A stretch of 64,000 nucleotides of DNA, taken from assembly GCA_951406725.2 (NCBI GenBank), contig OX597819.1, forward strand, positions 126,356,001 through 126,420,000, written 5' to 3'. The translations under genes were made by a program, and so were the position numbers. Shown here in pieces: positions 63,961-64,000 of the stretch. The notes beneath the pieces are model-generated. The model saw nothing but the letters and a program-made list of their open reading frames with translations, had not been told where the DNA came from and did not search any database. Within the stretch, counting starts at the first letter, position 1. Each line of letters opens with the position of its first letter. The stretch is from Octopus vulgaris (lineage: Eukaryota).

Positions 63961-64000
63961 GGATACATCAAACACACGGATTAATAGAGTGATATGTACA

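Overview
Eukaryotic, AT-rich, microsatellite-saturated DNA. Its SINE repertoire (tRNA-Arg-headed OR1/OR2-like SINEs, Meta-domain SINEs, R4/Dong LINE relics in (TAA)n) suggests an octopod cephalopod such as Octopus; this is an inference. It reads as one or more very large introns or intergenic DNA. Nearly all ORFs in the supplied track are microsatellite or SINE artefacts. One convincing coding exon was found (46717-46866, + strand, 150 nt, Pro/Gln-rich, gene not identifiable), plus two weaker exon candidates. The rest is about 30 SINE copies of at least 5 families, relics of CR1, R4/Dong, mariner and Helitron-like elements, a U6 snRNA pseudogene, and a 7.6-kb near-identical tandem duplication across a 100-N gap (probably an uncollapsed haplotype overlap). 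The most interesting signal is a set of short non-coding elements lodged in (TA)n tracts. They form direct and inverted (pseudo-LTR-like) repeats and carry type I hammerhead ribozyme motifs of several families, from one fully canonical ribozyme in a ~511-bp repeat unit (28059-28124, - strand) to variant catalytic cores. This resembles a Penelope-like or retrozyme-like system. Coordinates were counted by hand and element ends may be off by a few bases.
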